A stretch of 38,861 nucleotides of DNA from Octopus bimaculoides (taxonomy: Eukaryota): NCBI RefSeq assembly GCF_001194135.2, contig NC_068990.1:89772666-89811526 (forward strand), written 5' to 3'. This document shows positions 35,486 through 38,861 of this stretch, piece after piece (the stretch's first letter is position 1; the number at the start of each line of letters is the position of its first letter). A program made the position numbers and the translations under genes. Below the pieces are notes generated by a model that was not told the origin of the DNA, ran no database searches, and saw nothing but the letters and a program-made list of their open reading frames with translations.

Positions 35486-36259
35486 CAGACATACACACAC
35501 ATGCACACACACATACATACATACATACATACATACATACATAGACAGAGGTCAGCTGTTCTGCTGAAGTGAATATCTCTCTGAAAATCAAAGAGAAAGA
35601 AGATAATCATGGACAGTTGCTTGGACACCTCCATCTTCTATATCCGGATTACGATTAATAATTGACGCACTTGGTTTTGTAAGTAAATGCCTGTCAGTCT
35701 GAATAAGCTTGAATTTTCAGAAAAGGAAATCACTCAACTGATTCACACATTACAAATACAGTCTGTAAGCAGAACATTAAAAGTATGCAAGGCTTTTCTC
35801 AGGTTTGAAATGTGACGTTGCTTTCATTGTCTACACCCCAACGATGGAGTTTTGTATCTTTGTTAGAAACCATCTCCTTCTTCAGAGAAAGAATCTAGAA
35901 CAGATATATATAAAAAAAAAACATACACTGGTGGAAAGTACCAGTGAAGATCTCAATAAAATGTAAGCACAACAGACCTGATAAAATGATTTGAGATAGA
36001 GAAGAGAGACTGCACAGTTGTGGAAATCAGCTGCCCAGCAAATGTTAACATAAACGATAATAAGAAATTGGGACGACAAAGGAATAAACATTTTTGAAGT
36101 TCCGATGAAGTTAAAGGGTGATACTCAGGCCCTCATCTGTGAGTGCATTGCACCTTATAGCAGAAACAACTGCAAGCCAATGAAGTTCATAACATAATTG
36201 TTTTATTGACCCCGAAGAATGAAATGCAGAGTTGACATCAACTGAATTTGAACTCAGTG

Positions 36260-36930
36260 GTAGTCGGTCTCATGACCATCAGCTGTTGGCACCCGGACGA
36301 GATAAGTCATTTTGCACATTTTCGGATCTGATATCAGAGTGTTTCTAGAAAGGGCAGAGTTTAAGTTTCTCCTGTCGTAATTTGATCTTTTGTTCCCTAT
36401 TTCCTTTCTCTTCCTCAGCCTTTCCAGCTTCTCAAGGTCGAAGAGTCTCAAGTGATTCTTACTGCCACATGTATAACACCTGTGCCTTCAGCCTCGATCC
36501 ATTCCAGTAATCGCATTGGCTGTCTTTCTGCTCTTACAATGAATTACAGTTCCGACGTGTGGTCATGCATACCATAGCCGATAACATATGGTCCCTGGTT
36601 ACCTAGGCAATCATGACCACGACTTGCTCGTTTGTAACAAAAAAGTGACTACAAGATCAGAGTTAATATCACTGGCAACGTATCTGACTATGACTCTTGT
36701 AATCTGCAGCCCCGATTATTACAGCACTATGAGTTTATGAATTATTGTGTAATGCACCAGTTCAGCTTGTAGATTCGTCTTGTTCTCAATCGAAGATTAG
36801 GTATATATTATAGTCTCATAAGTATCTTTCTCGATCAATAGAAACTACACAATCCCACATAACAAATAGGATTGCTTTCAGCTGTTCCATTGAAAGCATA
36901 CTGAAAACCTTCCCGTTCTTCGGTTGGCAG
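36260..36930 (-). mobile_element. Decayed gag-like ORF with three CCHC zinc-knuckle remnants (probably Ty3/gypsy)
   Basis: Frameshifted peptides RERYL*DYNIYLIF (gypsy gag REQFL..C...LxxFLRER-like), CYKRASRGHDC (36607-36639), ICYR-YGMHDHTS-C (36546-36589) and RCYTCGSKNHLR (36446-36481). Confidence 0.55.
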
Positions 36931-37004
36931 ACGTATGTTGCTTTTCCCTTGCTTTCTTTTTGGTGGAATCGTCATGTAAGAAAGCAAAAAATTATGTGAT
37001 ATAC

Positions 37005-37124
37005 CTGTTAAATAGTTCCTTTTTACTGTGAATCATATTTTTGAAGGTATCTGAGGCAACAGAATAATTGCGTTTCTTACAATCTTGTTTACTGTTCACA
37101 ATTTGTGTGACATATATTTTTTGT
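37005..37124 (-). CDS. Candidate 120-nt exon (phase 2-2)
   Basis: Acceptor cttttgcattacacAG| and donor CAG|GTATAT. Only one frame is open: QKIYVTQIVNSKQDCKKRNYSVASDTFKNMIHSKKELFN. No homology recognised. Confidence 0.28.
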
Positions 37125-37755
37125 CTGTGTAATGCAAAAGTATTTGCTTGTTTAAGTGTCATCCTTTTTCTCAAGGTTTGTCAAATTTGCAATTACAATT
37201 CTGGTTCATATTTACAAAAACGTTCGAAACCTGTCATGTTTGGTAGTTGATGTATTCAGTAGATGTCGTACCACAAAACATAATGTTAGACAAGTTAGCT
37301 AGTGTTTCTAAAATAAAACAAATATGTTTAACGAGGAAGAGGGAGGAAGAAGGACAAAAGCATCGCATGGAATGACTATCAGAAGGCTTTACACAGTGTT
37401 CCGTCCACGTGAATCTTGTCTGGATTAACCATTTGTAGGCTACTCCCAAAAGAAACAGATACATCAAATATGTTTTGAATAAATAGTAAACAATTCTGTA
37501 GATTCAACCAAAAGAAAGAATTATTAAACTAATATCGTCTTTATTGGAAGAGAAATATCCTACAGGTGTTCTTTCTGGCACTCTTTTTCTTCCTGGCGTT
37601 AATACATTTAATTAAAACAGAATCCGGAGGAAAATCAATTATATTTTGTACACGGATGAGCACGAGCTGTATGTTGCAGACGATAAACAACGGGAGAAAC
37701 TGCTACGTACAATATACGGTTTTGCTAATAGAATTGATTTGAGAATCTGTTTGCG

Positions 37756-37805
<50 letters not shown>

Positions 37806-38070
37806 CACACAAAAGCCAAATATCAACGTAAGAGAATTAATAAAAAAAACATTGAATAACATTAAATACTTAAAAAAGAACAGACGTAACCGAAGTAGAC
37901 CAAAATGAGACATATAAATACTTAGGAATTAATTAAGTAGATGGTGTACAACAAAGCAAACAAAAGAAAAGATTAGCAAGAGTTAATACAGACGCATCAG
38001 ATTAATGCTTAAAACAGCTAATGACAAAAAGTACAGGAAAAATTAGTTGTTCAGTTATGAAGACACAAAC

Positions 38071-38072
<2 letters not shown>

Positions 38073-38160
<88 letters not shown>
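38073..38160. repeat. (TG)n microsatellite (others at 181-278, 35270-35343, 37758-37803, 38769-38810)
   Basis: Direct reading. Confidence 0.97.
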
Positions 38161-38161
<1 letters not shown>

Positions 38162-38758
38162 CAGGATATCACTGGTAGAGTCTGTGCTCACATATGTTTC
38201 TGTTGCGACTGTTGGGACGGTAACAAATAAGACAGCGCTAGTGTGCTGACACAACATTGTTAAGCAAGGGAGAAGAGGTTGCGGTTATGTGCAATCTCTC
38301 ATCTCTTTTTTACACACAAAATATAAAGCTTGCATATGCTTGTGATTTGGGAAGGCACTCTCGAGATGTCGATAACAAACATCCAGACTGTCTGTAACGG
38401 ATTATATACGCTGTTGATGTGTGTGTGTGTTTGTGTTTGTAATTAAAAATAAAGAAAATGCAGTGAACAAGTTTTAATTCATTGATTTACAAGTGTTTCA
38501 TCGACAATCGATGCCATGAGCGTAGCTACATGATGTAGCTATTGACAGATGAGGTGTCATAGGCATAAAATCGAAGATCATTTCTTCTTAATCATGCGTA
38601 AAAGTTATCTGCACCGTTTTTTTTTTGTGAATTTCCAGACATGTTTGATATAACAAGCAATCTCCGAGTTACTATCTATCAGACAGCCTGAACGCGTGGA
38701 GAGGCTTAAGAAATTAAACTCCAGGCCTTACGCATCAATGAAATTATTACATACATAC

Positions 38759-38813
<55 letters not shown>

Positions 38814-38861
38814 CCTTCATATGTGAGTATATATATATATATAAATAAATAAATAAATAAA

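Noticed and set aside
35541-35580. 40-nt minus-strand exon after a strong polypyrimidine acceptor
   Set aside because: The only donor comes from a (TATG)n microsatellite, and its phase does not link the other candidates.

Overview
AT-rich animal genomic DNA from a draft assembly with 8 N-gaps (about 3.4 kb), each abutting a microsatellite on at least one side. The SINE families and extreme microsatellite density point to a coleoid cephalopod, probably Octopus (inference from recognition, no search run). There is no intact gene, RNA gene, CRISPR array or prokaryotic system. Most ORF-track entries are microsatellite or gap artefacts. Supported content: three or four tRNA-derived SINE families; a 3'-truncated mariner pseudogene; a Penelope-like RT fragment fused to a short R4/Dong-type endonuclease fragment; a second R4-type fragment; a LINE 3' end with three C2H2 fingers; a decayed gag with CCHC knuckles; a 20-bp minisatellite; and a few minus-strand exon candidates of an unidentified gene. 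The best leads are a decayed type I hammerhead ribozyme (21087-21145), a YY1/Pho-motif tandem array next to a CRE palindrome (27805-27994), the PLE/R4/foldback composite (7675-9135), inverted SINE pairs that could form dsRNA, and the exon chain. I cannot claim a new biological system from this window.
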